A stretch of 64,000 nucleotides of DNA from Nageia nagi (GCA_050084985.1 JBITNC010000001.1:120094001-120158000), one strand, 5' to 3'; numbered from the stretch's first letter, positions 28,901 through 39,899 are shown. Numbers and translations: made by a program. The notes: generated by a model not told the origin, from the letters alone.

Positions 28901-31900
28901 GCCGACATCGTCCATCCCCGCTGTCAAGCCGACACCGTCCGTTCATGCAATTGGGTTGACATCTTCTATTCCCGTAGTTAGGCCGACACTGTCTATTCCT
29001 GCAATCAAGATAACACATTCGTTCCCAAAGTTGGGTTGACACCATTCATTCCTATAGTTAGGCTGACATCGTTCGTTCCTATAGTCGGGTTGACATCGTC
29101 CGTTCCTGCAGTTGGGTCAACACTAATTGTTCCTGCAATTAGGCCAACATTGTCTGATCCCGCAATAGGGTCGACACTTTCCGTTCTCGCAATTAGGCCA
29201 ACATTGTCTGATCCCGAAATAGGGTCGACACTTTCCATTCTCGCAATTGAGCGAACATTGTCTGATCCTGCAATAGGGTTGACATTGTCCATTCTTCCAA
29301 TTGAGCCAACACTGTTTGCAACTAGGTCGACACTGTCTATTTTTGTAGCCGAGCTAATACATCTATTTCCATAGCCGGTCCAATTGCATTTTCCTACAAT
29401 CGGGTGTGATTTTGAAACAGCTACCTACAAATTATTCCTTAATCAAAAGAGATCATGTGACTATTGTTGGAAAGATCTCGTTGCAAGCTTCCAGCAGTAT
29501 ATCACACGCCTTAATTGGACGTCTAAGTCAAAAGTTATAGCCATTTTTGTGAAACACAGTGCAACTGGGTTGACAACTACTCCTATGCAACCGGGCCGAC
29601 ACTAGAATCTCATGCAATTGGGCCAACAACAAATCTACGCAACTAGACTGATTGCATTCTTATGCGATAGGCTGCAATTTTGTAATGAACGCCAAAGGGT
29701 CATTTGTTGATCAAATGGGGACATGTGACCACTTATTGGAAAACTCTTTTCATGAACTTTCCAATGGGGTATGATTTGCCTCCATTAGACATTTATTGAA
29801 AAAGTTATGGAAGATGGCTGATCTTTTATAGCAGGTACAAATTGTTATAAACCTCACAAAATCTGAATATAATGCTTTAAACACCTAGGCTTGAGAATTC
29901 TACCCAAAATCCTCACTCTGATGATGTTTAGGTTTTATACAACTGATCCATTTTGGATCAAAAACTATATTCAGTTTTCTATGCATAGGTTTATATGTAC
30001 CTCATTTTTGTGGGAAGAGTTGTATAGATGCAGTTGTGCAGATGAGAAAGTTGTGTTGTATAGGATTGTATCTTAAAAGGAGGAACTATTAATGTCCTAG
30101 AAAAATCCTTGTTTGTTTCTCTTTGTGAGATTGTTGCTTTGATATATTCATCTTATGCCAATCAGATTGCTGTTGCTTTGATATATTCATTTTGCAATCA
30201 GATTGCCTGTAATTACTCTCTGAAGGAGTCTTTCCTAACATTTGCATGTTTGTTTTTTGAGGGCTTTGCATGTGGTACAAAATTTTGTTGTTTGCAAGAT
30301 AGTGCTGTTTGGTTGAGTGGAATGTTCTATGTTGTGAATCATGCAGAGACATTAATATATCCAAGCAAAAGTGGTGAGTGTTTTGAAGATGCTCCAGGTG
30401 TTCAATTTTCCATAAGAACAGATTAGAATCTAAGTAGACTTTTTTTTAATCATATGTTTTTCTTGCAAAAAAAGTAAAATTGGGAGAGACTTTTTCTTGA
30501 GAAAGTTAGATCTCTAAATTGAATTTTTTTAAAGAGAATGATATACATAAGTGGTAAAGCTTTTCTTTTACTTATCACTATGAGCCACTTTGCAATAAGG
30601 AAAGGGTAACCTGGGAAGAGATAAATGTTAGTAGAAGCCATTAAATAAAATTCAAATTGAGACAATTGTTCATTGAGCATGTCTAATCAACTCGAGATCC
30701 TCATGAAAGAATATGTTATTGAATGTGCTCTTGTACCAATCCTATAATGTTTATCCTTTATAACTAAGATTATGAGAGTTTGTTTCAAGTCCTTCTGAAA
30801 CAATGGGCATATAAAATGCTGAAATTTTGGACTCAGCTAATGACTTTTATAGTGGTTAAGTTTAGCATAGAGGACTTACAGCAGAATTCTTTTATAGTGC
30901 CTTTGTTCTTTTTGTTAGGTGATTTGGATATCTAGCATGCTAATTTATTACAAAGATACTTCTGTCATGCACTTGTTTGTTAACAAAGTTAAACATTGAG
31001 AGAGGTAATTGTAAAGCTTCTGACTATGAAAATGGTGTTAAGAAAATAAAACATTGATCTGGTGACTATTATGAGTGTTTGATGTTGTTCTTGTGAACTT
31101 TCAGCAGGGTTTGATAGGGTAATTTGTTGACTTTAATTCACATTTTTATTTTGATAAAGATTAACTACAACTGTATTTCACATGTTAGCATGTTACAGGT
31201 ATATTGCCCTTTTTGCAATTTCCCTTGTGAGGTAGACGAAGGTTTAAAGGTTTTGGAATGTCCAAATGGTAAATGTTCAAAGGTAGAGTTTTTTCTTTTC
31301 ACTTAATCTCTGGTAGCAAAACAAAACTTGTTTATAAACACATTATGGCTAGTTACATTTGAAATCATAGAGGGTGTTTTTCTGTTTTGTTATTCTTCAA
31401 ATCTTATTTTCAATCTTTGCCTTTTGTTTTTCTGAGTGTATAGGAACTCAGGAACTTTAAAATCATATATGTGCACTTGTCTATGTTTATGATTATTTAG
31501 TCACTTGAATTCAATTCTTATTGGAGTCTCTTTTGTGGTCCGTTAATTTGTATGATAGTTTTCTGGCAGTCAATTTATTGTATGGATGAATGGCCTGTTT
31601 TTTCTGCTGATTGAATATGATCTTTCACTATGAACAAGATATATATCATTGTATTTGTTTTTTTTTCATTTCCATGTTCATCTTATTTCCTTTCCTGTAT
31701 GTTTTCCAGGCATCTTGTGTTCAATGTAAGGAGCCAAGTCATGTACCTTTAAGTTGCAAAGAGGTTGAGAAGGTATGCGAGTTTTCATGTTTGTTTCAAA
31801 TTGTTCAAGCAATATTTTAATGTATCAACATATGAATCTTCTAAATGGTGAGTTGATAATAATTGTACACGAATTGTTATTTGAGAAAAAATTGCCTAAG

Positions 31901-34900
31901 AGTGCACTTTTCCCATTTATATATTTAAAAAAACTGAAAGGTTGAAATGCAAAGCTATATTGGGCTGGTTGATGGGTAGGAGTCGTAGGACCATACTTCA
32001 ACTCATTGATTAGTGCAGCATAGATTTTAATTAACTTTACATATGGAAAAATCCATACTATTCTGAAGTTTTTGAACACAGACAACATTGAAAGCAAGAA
32101 AAAACACAACTCAGAAATAGTGCAGAGGTAGCTCAGTGCATTCTACAAACGATGAAACAGAGGACGAAAACAAATCAGAATCTCATGAAAATTTCAGGTT
32201 AGATTCTACTCAATAATGGGTACTCAAAAAGCTTTACTTCACTGAAAAATGCCAATTACAGAAAAAGTTATGAGGTGTGCTGAGGTGCGCCGAAGACTCG
32301 GCAGAATAGACTAAAACATGACTTTCAGATGTGAAAATGAAGTGCTTAACATAAACAAAATAGGGCATGTGAAATATGGATAAAAAGTGCTTGGTAAGAC
32401 CTCTCCAACGGAGCAACAGAGAAAAGGATATAAAGCTCCAAAGTAGGCTATTCAGACTTTTGTAAAATCTGGACTGCACAATGCTAAAAAACACAGCAAG
32501 CTGAGAAAATGGATTTTTCACCTTGAATTCATTTTACATACTTGATTACTTGTACAATGCAATGGAATAGAATTATATAACTCTGATTACTTGTTACAAT
32601 GCAATGGAATAGAAATTAATATAAGACTAAAAAACTGAATAATCTAAGCTATTACATAAAGAGTAACAGTCTACAACAGTTACAAGCTGAAATAGTATGC
32701 CACATGGTCAGCATCATATTCCAACATATTCATTATCACTCAAAAGCTTCATACAGAAAGGCTAATTGTTATTTCAATAGAAAAATCTTGGCCAAGTTAC
32801 TAGTCACTGATATTTTTATATGAAAATTTTCTAGTTATTGTGGGTTCAATATCTATCAACTACCTAGACAAAATGATCTTGTATGGCTTTATGTTTCTTC
32901 CATTCTAACTTTTGTTTACCATTATAATGTTTTCTTAAAGCTGTATAATTGCTCTGAGCAAAGTAAATTTTCTTATTTTTCGAGTCTTTCTTGGTCTGAA
33001 GCTCTTGAAAGAGAGTGAACTTGATTTTAAGGGTTGTTTCAGAGCAAGTCTACAACTGCTGAACTCCAATGTGAAAGGCCTTTTAGCTTTCTCTTGAAAT
33101 TATGTTTGGCTACATTAAGATATCCTCTTCATCATTGTTGTGGTTAACATGACATCCATCCAAAAGTAATTGCTACGTGTTTCTTCCCTGATTCTTCAAT
33201 GCTGGTGTTCCTCTCCATTATGCCTATGTAGCCTCATCTGTTTGTCTCCATTGATTGAAATTATGTGTGCAGATAAAATAAGAGCATGGCTAACTTATAA
33301 ACTACATTCTTTCATTTTGAACTCTTTACATTACATAGATACAAGAATCTTATGGCATTACACCATCTTGAAAGGTGGCAACAGGGTATATACTTTTCTT
33401 TTTACATGCTATGTTGGGAAATTTTCAAATGCATCTGATAATGCTGCTTTGTCCATCATTCTGCATATTTTCACTTCTAATAGTTTTAATGCTTTCAAAT
33501 CAAATCTATAACAAGAAGCAATTAACAATTGGTTTATTAACGTTTAAATAAATACTATTCTTGAATACGTGCATTAAATCAACAATTGTAATGTTGAGTT
33601 GAGTTCTGCTTGATCGAAAACTGCTACGTCTTTGGGCATATTATTTGTTTATTTTCTGAAACAATGGGAACTGGTTACTATATGCTAAATGGTTAACTAA
33701 AGTATAATATCATAGAGGAATGAATTCATAAAATGTTCAATTGAGTTGAGTTGAATTCAGTTGGATTTAAAACTACTACTACTATAAGCATATTAGTTGT
33801 AATTCATATTTGAAAGTACTTTAATCATTTGACTAGGGTAAAAGATGAAATGTCATTAAGAGTAATACATTTGAGTTTAACTTCCAAGTACTTTTCTGTT
33901 TGGGATTATTGCTTTCAAATTTTTATACCATTCAAACCCATTCCGAGTAACGTTTGTTATACAGAAATCTGAGACTGCTCTACGGAGGAGAATAGAAGAG
34001 GTAAGAGTGCCATTGGATTATTTGTTAAGCATTTGTTTTGAGAGAAATGTTCACATCAAAATATTTCTATCAGCATGTCACAATCTGTTCTTTCGCAATG
34101 TTTATTGCTTGATTTTCTCGATTTTATGTGGCATTTAATAAATGTGTTCACCTTTCAGTACGCATTCTGTTTTTCCCATTTGTTTGGTTGTTTTCTGAAA
34201 GAATAAATGGGAAATTGCAATCCAAGTTTCACTTAAGTAGTTATTTATCTGAGACAGGCGATGACACAAGCTGTGATAAGAGTCTGCAATTCTTGCAAAG
34301 CAGAGCAAGTCAAGAAGAGTGGCTGTAATAGGGTCTGTATAAAATAAGGGGCAAGAAAAATCTCAAATTCATGTGCACATTTGTTTTGAGAGCTCATTTA
34401 GCATGTTTTTTTCACCAGTCTCATGCTGAGGATTGGCATTTTCACAGGTAACCTGTAGGTGTGGAACTACAATGTGTTATAAATGTCGACAGACTGTTAC
34501 AAAAGGTTATTCACATTTCTGCAAGGTGTGTTTCTTTTTCCACTCTATTTGCTATAATTAATTTAGTTGAAGTACGTGATTACCGAAATGGTCTTCAGTG
34601 GTTAAACTGCATATACGATACGGAAACAGTCCATGTAGATATAGACTATATGTGTATTGTTTTTTCATTTTGTAAAGATAACCAACATCTATTAAGGGGT
34701 CTTGACCCAAAATATGAATAGATCACTGAATGACACGAACTTGTAAACAGAGAATCCATATGGATTTCAACATTCAAAATGGTCCTATTACAATTTAACT
34801 ACATGCCAAATTCTAAAATTTTTCCAAGGTTATACCTTAGATCAGTGTTTGAAACCGGGTATAAACATCTATGGGGCCAAATTTAAAAAAAATGGCAAAA

Positions 34901-37900
34901 GTACGGGAAAAAACGTGGTACATACAGTCTTTACTTTTTTTTATATAGGTTTTTAAAAAAACATGTTTTTAAGGAAAAAAAACGTAGGTTTAAAAAAACT
35001 TTTTTAAGGAAAGAAAACGTAGGCTTTAAAAATATGCATTTTTAAGAAAGAAATTTTATTAATGTCCTCAGTTGACCAACAGCGGTCAATGGTACTGCAA
35101 GGTGGGCCAGTGTTACATAGCATGTATCTCCTGCATGTTGCTGGGAATTGAGTGTGTGACGCTCTGTACAACAGGGTCCCTACAGACCAACTCAACCAAC
35201 AATGGGGAATAAATGCAGGTTTCTTAAAAATACGATTTTAAAGAAAAAAATGCAGGTTTAAAAAAAAGCGCGTTTAACTGCGAGTACACTGTTTAAACGT
35301 GCATTTTTTGAAACACTGCGACTTACACCATACAATTGAAATATTTCCATCTAATATTCTCTTTAGATCTTAATTCCCTAAGTTCCATTTGGAGTTCGTG
35401 ACTTGTTTTAACTAGCACAACTTTGTTGGCTAGCCAATGTGCAACCTTATCGACTCTTAATGTTTTAATGTCCTTAACTTGAGCTAATTGTATTTTTCAG
35501 CCTTCATTCTCTGCAGGTAGCATTCTATGGTCGATGTTTTAGCACTTGACTTCCTTTAAGTATTAATTCTTATTGGAGCCTAATTTGTGATTTTTCAGCC
35601 TTCATATCCTCGTGCATGGTTAGCAATTCCTATTGGATCTGATGGTTTTAGCAACTTTGATCACTACCTGCTTCCATGTCATAGATTTGATAAGCTGAAG
35701 CACCTTTATCCCAGCGAATTCCACTGCCTTGTCATTTGAAGCCTTACCATAGCCCTGAGAAATAGTAAATACTCCTTTATCATTATGAGCAATCAATTCA
35801 TCTCCTGCTTTGCGTGGGTTTCATTTTGATGCTCCATCAAAATTGGTTTTGATTTCTCTTTTGTTTTTCACCCATCTAACCTTTTTGCTTTTCTTAGCCC
35901 TTATCTCTCCTCTTTAATTGTGGAAGATAGATTCCATCTTCTTAAAAGCACTTAGTCAAAATTCCACCTTCCTAAAATCTCTTATAGGTCACTTCTTCCA
36001 TTATTAAAAAGTCTTTTATTCCTTTCTAGCTAGATATTATTTCGAATGGCTGTTGGGCCCAATGTTAAAATGAATTGGATTATTTAGATTTTGAAGGTTT
36101 CTCTAGGTTTTCAATACTTTTTCCACATTGCTTGGCATGCCTCATTGAATTCTCATTTTCTTGATAAACCAAACCATACCTTTGAAGGTAATGGTATTTA
36201 GTGATCAGGTGACTCTTGGGATTCATATAGACTGCATCATACTAAATCCCCTCTCTTATCTTAATGTTACAATTGATCATTATCTTATTCTTGGTGGCTA
36301 GTCATAACAAATATTACATTTTGGAAGACACTCCTCGATCAAGATGCCCTTGGCAAGGAATTTAGTTTTTGAGAGATGAGTATTATGAATCATATTGCAC
36401 CCTTCTTTAATAGTATACTTGTTTGATGTACTGTTCGTCCTAATCATAGAATAAAAAAATGTTTTTTGAAAATACGGCTCCTAGGCTAAAGATGTAAAAA
36501 CGACCAATAAACGGTCAAATACGTTGAATACGGCAAAAATTTGTAAATATAGAAAAAAGGACAAAAAAAGCCAAAAAAATGGAAAAAAGGGGAAAAATTC
36601 GTGACAAAAAAACTGCCAAATTTGAGGAAAAAACGGCAAGGGGTATGTTCTCCTTTTACATTTTTTGAACGTTTAAACAGAAAAAACGGTAAAAACGGTC
36701 ATGTTTTCAATCTACGATCAACGTTTTTTGCCCGTTTAAACGTCGTTTTTTTAAATTCTATGATCCTAACTCAATTGTCTTCATCCTCGTTGAGAGATTC
36801 TATGATTCAATAAAATTTTACCTACTTTAGGGAGTGTATGGTTCCCATTAACCTTCCTCTAATTTTCTTTAGGTTCCATATAATCTAACACCCTAGCATC
36901 CTACTTACCCAAGCAGAAATCAGTAAATTGGAAGACCATCTCAACTTTGTTCAAAAGCAGAAACCCATGGATTATTCCAGAAGAAAACCTGAATGCCTTT
37001 GTTTGCAGCCCATCTCACGAATCATTTGATTAAGCTGCTGCAGTCTGCCATAATGTTCCATGCCAAATTACATTCTTTTGCTACCCGTAGAGTGTTATTA
37101 TCCTGGCCCCCCTCTAAATATTGCTTCAGATTTTTCCCTTTGCCTCATATATTGCTTCATATTTTGCCCTTTTCCTCGTATAATCTCCAGAAAAACCTCG
37201 TTCCAAGGCCAGATTCATTGAGAGAAGCTTCCTCAAATCTGCTTGTCCTCTGCCTTACCAATGCATGCTTTCTGTCATCCTTTCAGATGAACTTTCCTCA
37301 CATCATTGTTGCCCATAAAAATCTTTTCTCAGTTTGGTTTATAATTTGAAGTAAACCAGCAGGAATGGGAAAGAGACAAGCTGAATTCTCATTCAATAAA
37401 CAATCACTTTGCTTTCCTTGTTGATCCTCTTACCTGCTTCTTTTCCATAATCAGCAAGGATATCTGCAAAAGCTTCAACTTCCTGAAGAGATGGCTCTCC
37501 TAGAAGTAGGGTATCATCTACAAACTGCGGATGGAACGGTTGAAGACTCCATGGGTGATTTTGAGGTTGACCAGACATCCTTTTTGCTTTTCCTTAGTTC
37601 TTTGCAAAGCTTCAGCCATAAGGATGAAAAAGAAAGCAGACAAAGGGTCCCCTGCCTTAGCCCTCTTGAGGAATGAGAAAAATCTGTTGGTCTACCATTT
37701 ACCACGCAAAAAAGGAAAGCCATGGAAAAGCAGTTTTCTAAAGAAAAGTCCAATCTATCTTATCATAAGCTTTTTGAATGTCCAATTTAAGAAATATTCT
37801 TGCCTACTAGAAGAAGTTGATTGCTTCATGGGAGAAAATCCACTTTATCAGCAATCAACTTTCCAATTATTCCTTTCAATTGTCTTGTTTATGATGTTGG

Positions 37901-38775
37901 AGATAAGTTGTGGACGTTGTAATTCGGAATACATAATCTAGCGGAAACAAGAGCATCTTCAAGCCTTAAAAAGAAAAATAATTCAATCGACCTAGAGATA
38001 GTATTCAAGTTGACATATTCTGCAAGTCTTTTAGGGACTTCTTAGCATGGATTATTAGCATGATTTCGAGACTATAACAAAAAACTTGAACATGGGAGGT
38101 TCCAGGCTTAGTGGACATTAGGCTGATAAAAGTATAAAATATAAATCTTTAACAAAAAATCTAAGGTCAATAATATTCACCTGTCAAAAATCTACTCAAA
38201 AGAAAAAAATTGTGATTGGATGTAGCTTATTTGTTCATCCCAACTTGGCTGTAATGTGTCATGGAAGACGGTCAAGTCTGAAAATGAAGTATTTTTGGGT
38301 TATCATAATTTGTTTCTAAGATTTACTAAGTTTTTTCTTTGTATTTCTAAGCATTATGATGATTTAGCTTATTGTTACATTTCTTCTTTGCCTTTTGTTT
38401 ACAAAGCCTTCTTCTGGGACATAAATTATACTGTATTTTGCCTAAACTTTATTTATATGGATATTCAGCACATTAGTCGAAAAGCAGGAAGACCATGCAA
38501 ATATTGCAAGAAGTGTGACTTATTTGAAAAGGTAAAACTCTTTTAAATTTGTTTCAATGCAAGTGATGCATTTGTTTTCTCTGAATAATATGTTATATTA
38601 ACTACATTAATACTAATTTGTTCAGGAAGTGAATGATAGAGTAGTTGTGGCTGCGAGGGATAAAGCATTAAAAGAGCTAGCATTGAAGGAACCCAAATTA
38701 CTTAATAAAAATATTGGGCCTCCAATTGAAAAAAAAGGAAGTTTTCTACAGAAATTGACACATTGTATATTCTAG
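10811..38775 (+). CDS. RNF216-like: RBR-type E3 ubiquitin ligase, RNF216/TRIAD3-like; 10 coding exons, 320 aa, apparently intact
   Basis: Exons joined by hand at GT-AG sites: 10811-10996, 19799-19936, 20031-20120, 31199-31282, 31710-31772, 33965-34000, 34258-34332, 34448-34525, 38469-38531, 38626-38775. This gives a stop-free ORF with RING1 (IECGCC..MVQCADGHLFCFQC..CMDTNGC), IBR (CPFC..CPNGKC..CVQC..H...C), RING2 with catalytic GCNR.TCRCG..MCYKC, an extra HFC.H...C..C..C finger and a C-terminal IGPP.EK, as in animal RNF216. Confidence 0.9.
13100..14027 (-). pseudogene. Third ORF remnant inside the LINE, downstream of ORF2, function unknown
   Basis: MTGQRRLEPENGETFKEDKEDWQILCNGGIRGFIDALQGYNESWSCQVA*SW continues with frameshifts as LIAATT...KEKMLAKKRFGYMMD*LP.PWNEVAKV. 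It lies inside the TSD-bounded element; the distal end is approximate. Confidence 0.6.
14200..17938 (-). pseudogene. LINE ORF2 remnant (APE endonuclease, RT, zf-RVT, RNase H-like tail)
   Basis: NVRG start; YTWTNRR...SRLDRILVS (EN); KASGLNNFPIEFFQVFW (RT N-term); GLGLRNIRRFNVAL; FLWLAFRNRVLTLDNLRKKG (zf-RVT). The 3' boundary is approximate. Confidence 0.85.
17935..19272 (-). pseudogene. LINE ORF1 (DUF4283-type) remnant
   Basis: PWFFGKQGLFLEKWKP, PIWVTFPHLHFNFW...GIANSFGK and ARFCVMV are plant L1 ORF1 motifs. Its stop overlaps the ORF2 start (ATGA at 17938-17935). Confidence 0.85.
19799..19936 (+). CDS. RNF216-like exon 2 (RING1: CADGHLFCFQC...CMDTNGCQDSIPMSQ)
   Basis: Acceptor tgcag|, donor |gttagt; 46 codons continuing RING1. 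Confidence 0.9.
20031..20120 (+). CDS. RNF216-like exon 3 (VRRALRAEVIERYEERQAQAEIEQAKLDCL)
   Basis: Acceptor ttacag|, donor |gtgagt; RING1-IBR linker helix. Confidence 0.9.
21211..22876 (-). mobile_element. Poly(A)-tailed non-LTR retroposed insertion with no recognisable RT
   Basis: T11 tract at 21211-21221. ~18-bp TSD gatttag(t/g)tgcctcattt at 21196-21213 and 22877-22894. Confidence 0.7.
22237..22863. mobile_element. hAT-type MITE
   Basis: Perfect 8-bp TSD atgtttag (22229-22236, 22864-22871); imperfect TIRs ctagcgtacatggtac / gtaccatatgacttag; subterminal gtac/gtatc repeats. Confidence 0.85.
23166..24398 (-). mobile_element. Truncated gypsy-type LTR fragment
   Basis: Ends ccatttcggatca, the same terminus as the LTR ending at 26244. 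It separates copia INT from copia RT; the left end appears deleted. Confidence 0.55.
24934..29960 (-). mobile_element. Internally deleted gypsy element (gag and protease only) inserted in the copia 3' LTR
   Basis: LTRs 24934-26244 and 28071-29960 (tgat...ggatca). Met PBS (gctttgatacca) at 28057-28068 and PPT at 26245-26256, both read on the minus strand. TSD aaaag/aaaac. Gag LLKYIRGLHSYL...CSHCDKDGH and protease LFHIKVQAKK..IDVLIYHGSQ are present; RT, RH and INT are absent. Confidence 0.85.
28676..29370. repeat. 27-bp tandem minisatellite (~26 units) inside an LTR
   Basis: Unit approximately gcaa(c/t)tggg(t/c)cgacac(c/t)gtccgttc(c/t)c, producing 9-aa periodic ORFs. Only about 6 units in the sister LTR (~25458-25630). 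Confidence 0.9.
31199..31282 (+). CDS. RNF216-like exon 4 (IBR: VYCPFCNFPCEVDEGLKVLECPNGKCSK)
   Basis: Acceptor ttacag|, donor |gtagag. Confidence 0.9.
31710..31772 (+). CDS. RNF216-like exon 5 (ASCVQCKEPSHVPLSCKEVEK)
   Basis: Polypyrimidine tract plus ccag|, donor |gtatgc. Confidence 0.9.
32064..32726. mobile_element. Solo LTR in intron 5
   Basis: TG...CA ends (tgaag...ccaaca) flanked by a perfect 5-bp TSD tattc (32059-32063, 32727-32731). Confidence 0.75.
33965..34000 (+). CDS. RNF216-like exon 6, 36-nt micro-exon (KSETALRRRIEE)
   Basis: Acceptor tacag|, donor |gtaaga; supplies the R..IEE.MT linker expected before RING2. Confidence 0.85.
34258..34332 (+). CDS. RNF216-like exon 7 (AMTQAVIRVCNSCKAEQVKKSGCNR, catalytic Cys)
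   Basis: Acceptor acag|, donor |gtctgt; RBR active-site GCN motif. Confidence 0.9.
34448..34525 (+). CDS. RNF216-like exon 8 (VTCRCGTTMCYKCRQTVTKGYSHFCK)
   Basis: Acceptor ttcacag|, donor |gtgtgt. Confidence 0.9.
34843..35318. mobile_element. MITE with hAT-like TIRs in intron 8
   Basis: TIRs cagtgtttgaaa / ttgaaacactg and A-rich aaaacgt subterminal repeats. TSD not clear. Confidence 0.65.
35380..38110 (-). mobile_element. Decayed 5'-truncated LINE (RT and RNase H fragments) in intron 8
   Basis: Minus strand: VVNGRPTDFSHSSRGLRQG and HPQFVDDTLLLG (RT), and NFDGASK at ~35830-35850 (RNase H-like). Boundaries approximate. Confidence 0.75.
36445..36762. mobile_element. hAT-type MITE nested in the LINE remnant
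   Basis: TIRs catagaat / attctatg; 8-bp TSD gtcctaat / atcctaac (6 of 8 match); aaaacgg subterminal repeats. Confidence 0.75.
38469..38531 (+). CDS. RNF216-like exon 9 (HISRKAGRPCKYCKKCDLFEK)
   Basis: Acceptor ttcag|, donor |gtaaaa; completes the extra zinc finger. Confidence 0.9.
38626..38775 (+). CDS. RNF216-like exon 10 (EVNDRVVVAARDKALKELALKEPKLLNKNIGPPIEKKGSFLQKLTHCIF*)
   Basis: Acceptor ttcag|, TAG at 38773-38775, IGPP.EK motif. Confidence 0.85.
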   Translation, partial: EVNDRVVVAARDKALKELALKEPKLLNKNIGPPIEKKGSFLQKLTHCIF

Positions 38776-39899
38776 GCATTAGGTTGATCGCTCCTCGTAT
38801 GGAATTACAGGACAATAAACCCTCACGCCAGCCCCATATTGATGAATACTCCTCATAAGAACAGTAAATTCTCTGTAAGTTAGTCTTCCACAATTAAGAA
38901 TAAAAGCGAGTTCACTTCCTTATTGCAATTTTGTATACTGGGTTGAACTTTAATGATTTTTTTTTTTTTTATTTATATATATATATATAATATATATATT
39001 ATATAATATTTATTATATGAAAGATTGTTCAAGGTTTGACGGATGTAAAATATTTTTATAATTTTATCTTGATTAAAAAAAAAACTATTTAATTTGAACA
39101 AAGTTTTTATAAAAAAAGAAGTTATAAAAACTATTTTAAATATTTTAGATATGTATCTAAAAATACCAAGAGATATCAATCTTAAGGTGTCTATCTTGGA
39201 TATCACACTATCAAGAAATGAGATTGATACTTTGAGATTATACCATTTGATATTTTTAAATATACATTTAAGATATTAAGCTAGCATCATCTATTTTTGT
39301 GGTTATTGTATTAACAATTTAAGAATAATATAAAAAAATTCATATTCACTAACTCTTCTATCATCTATTTGTTTAAAAGAAATACACCAATTTGAAGCCA
39401 AAGACACATTTCCTCTTATTATTCCTATTATACACATAAAATTAGACCAAATATGACAACATACATTAGTATTGGTTTGGGCATTAACTATCTAGGAATA
39501 ATGTTGAAAATATTATAACATAATTTATGAAATAATTATAATATTTTTTGAATGAAATATATAATATTTTTTAAAAGAAAAGATGATTATATATTGATAT
39601 TATCCATTAAGGGTCACATGTAATTGAGCATATTCAAGAACTCTATAAAATTTGTTGGTATACAAAGGGCATCAAAAATCCAAATACAAAAAGCATTTCA
39701 TATTTAAATAGAAACGGTGTAAAATATAGTTTTGATGTAATATGATCTAATGTTAATACAAGTTTTGGGATCTTGTTTTTAAAAAACCCTACCTGTTTCC
39801 TTGAGCTAAAAAAAGGTGTCAAAAATACGAAGGGTATTAGATTCTTAAGAAAAACTAAGATGTCAGAAGCTTTAGAATCATCAAATGTTCTAGGGTTGT

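Larger units (their letters stand above)
20613..30240 (+). mobile_element. Old Ty1/copia LTR retrotransposon in intron 3 with nested insertions
   Basis: TSD tttgc at 20608-20612 and 30241-30245. 5' LTR 20613-20977 (tgttg...ggagtctttcctaaca) is followed by a degenerate Met PBS (tggtattggtgc), and the same LTR end recurs at 30240. INT (DIYGP...SLGEAKYF..IDDHSRKSW) at ~22950-23165 precedes RT (YVDD...LPYSNIV...AHAVGVVSRF) at ~24400-24800, the copia order. Confidence 0.85.

Noticed and set aside
28594-29374. 9-aa periodic ORFs on both strands, or a CRISPR-like array
   Set aside because: By-product of a 27-bp head-to-tail minisatellite within an LTR. There are no unique spacers or cas genes, and the context is eukaryotic.
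38761-38775. C-terminal HCIF as a CaaX prenylation signal
   Set aside because: The Cys is third from the end, not fourth, so it is not a canonical CaaX.
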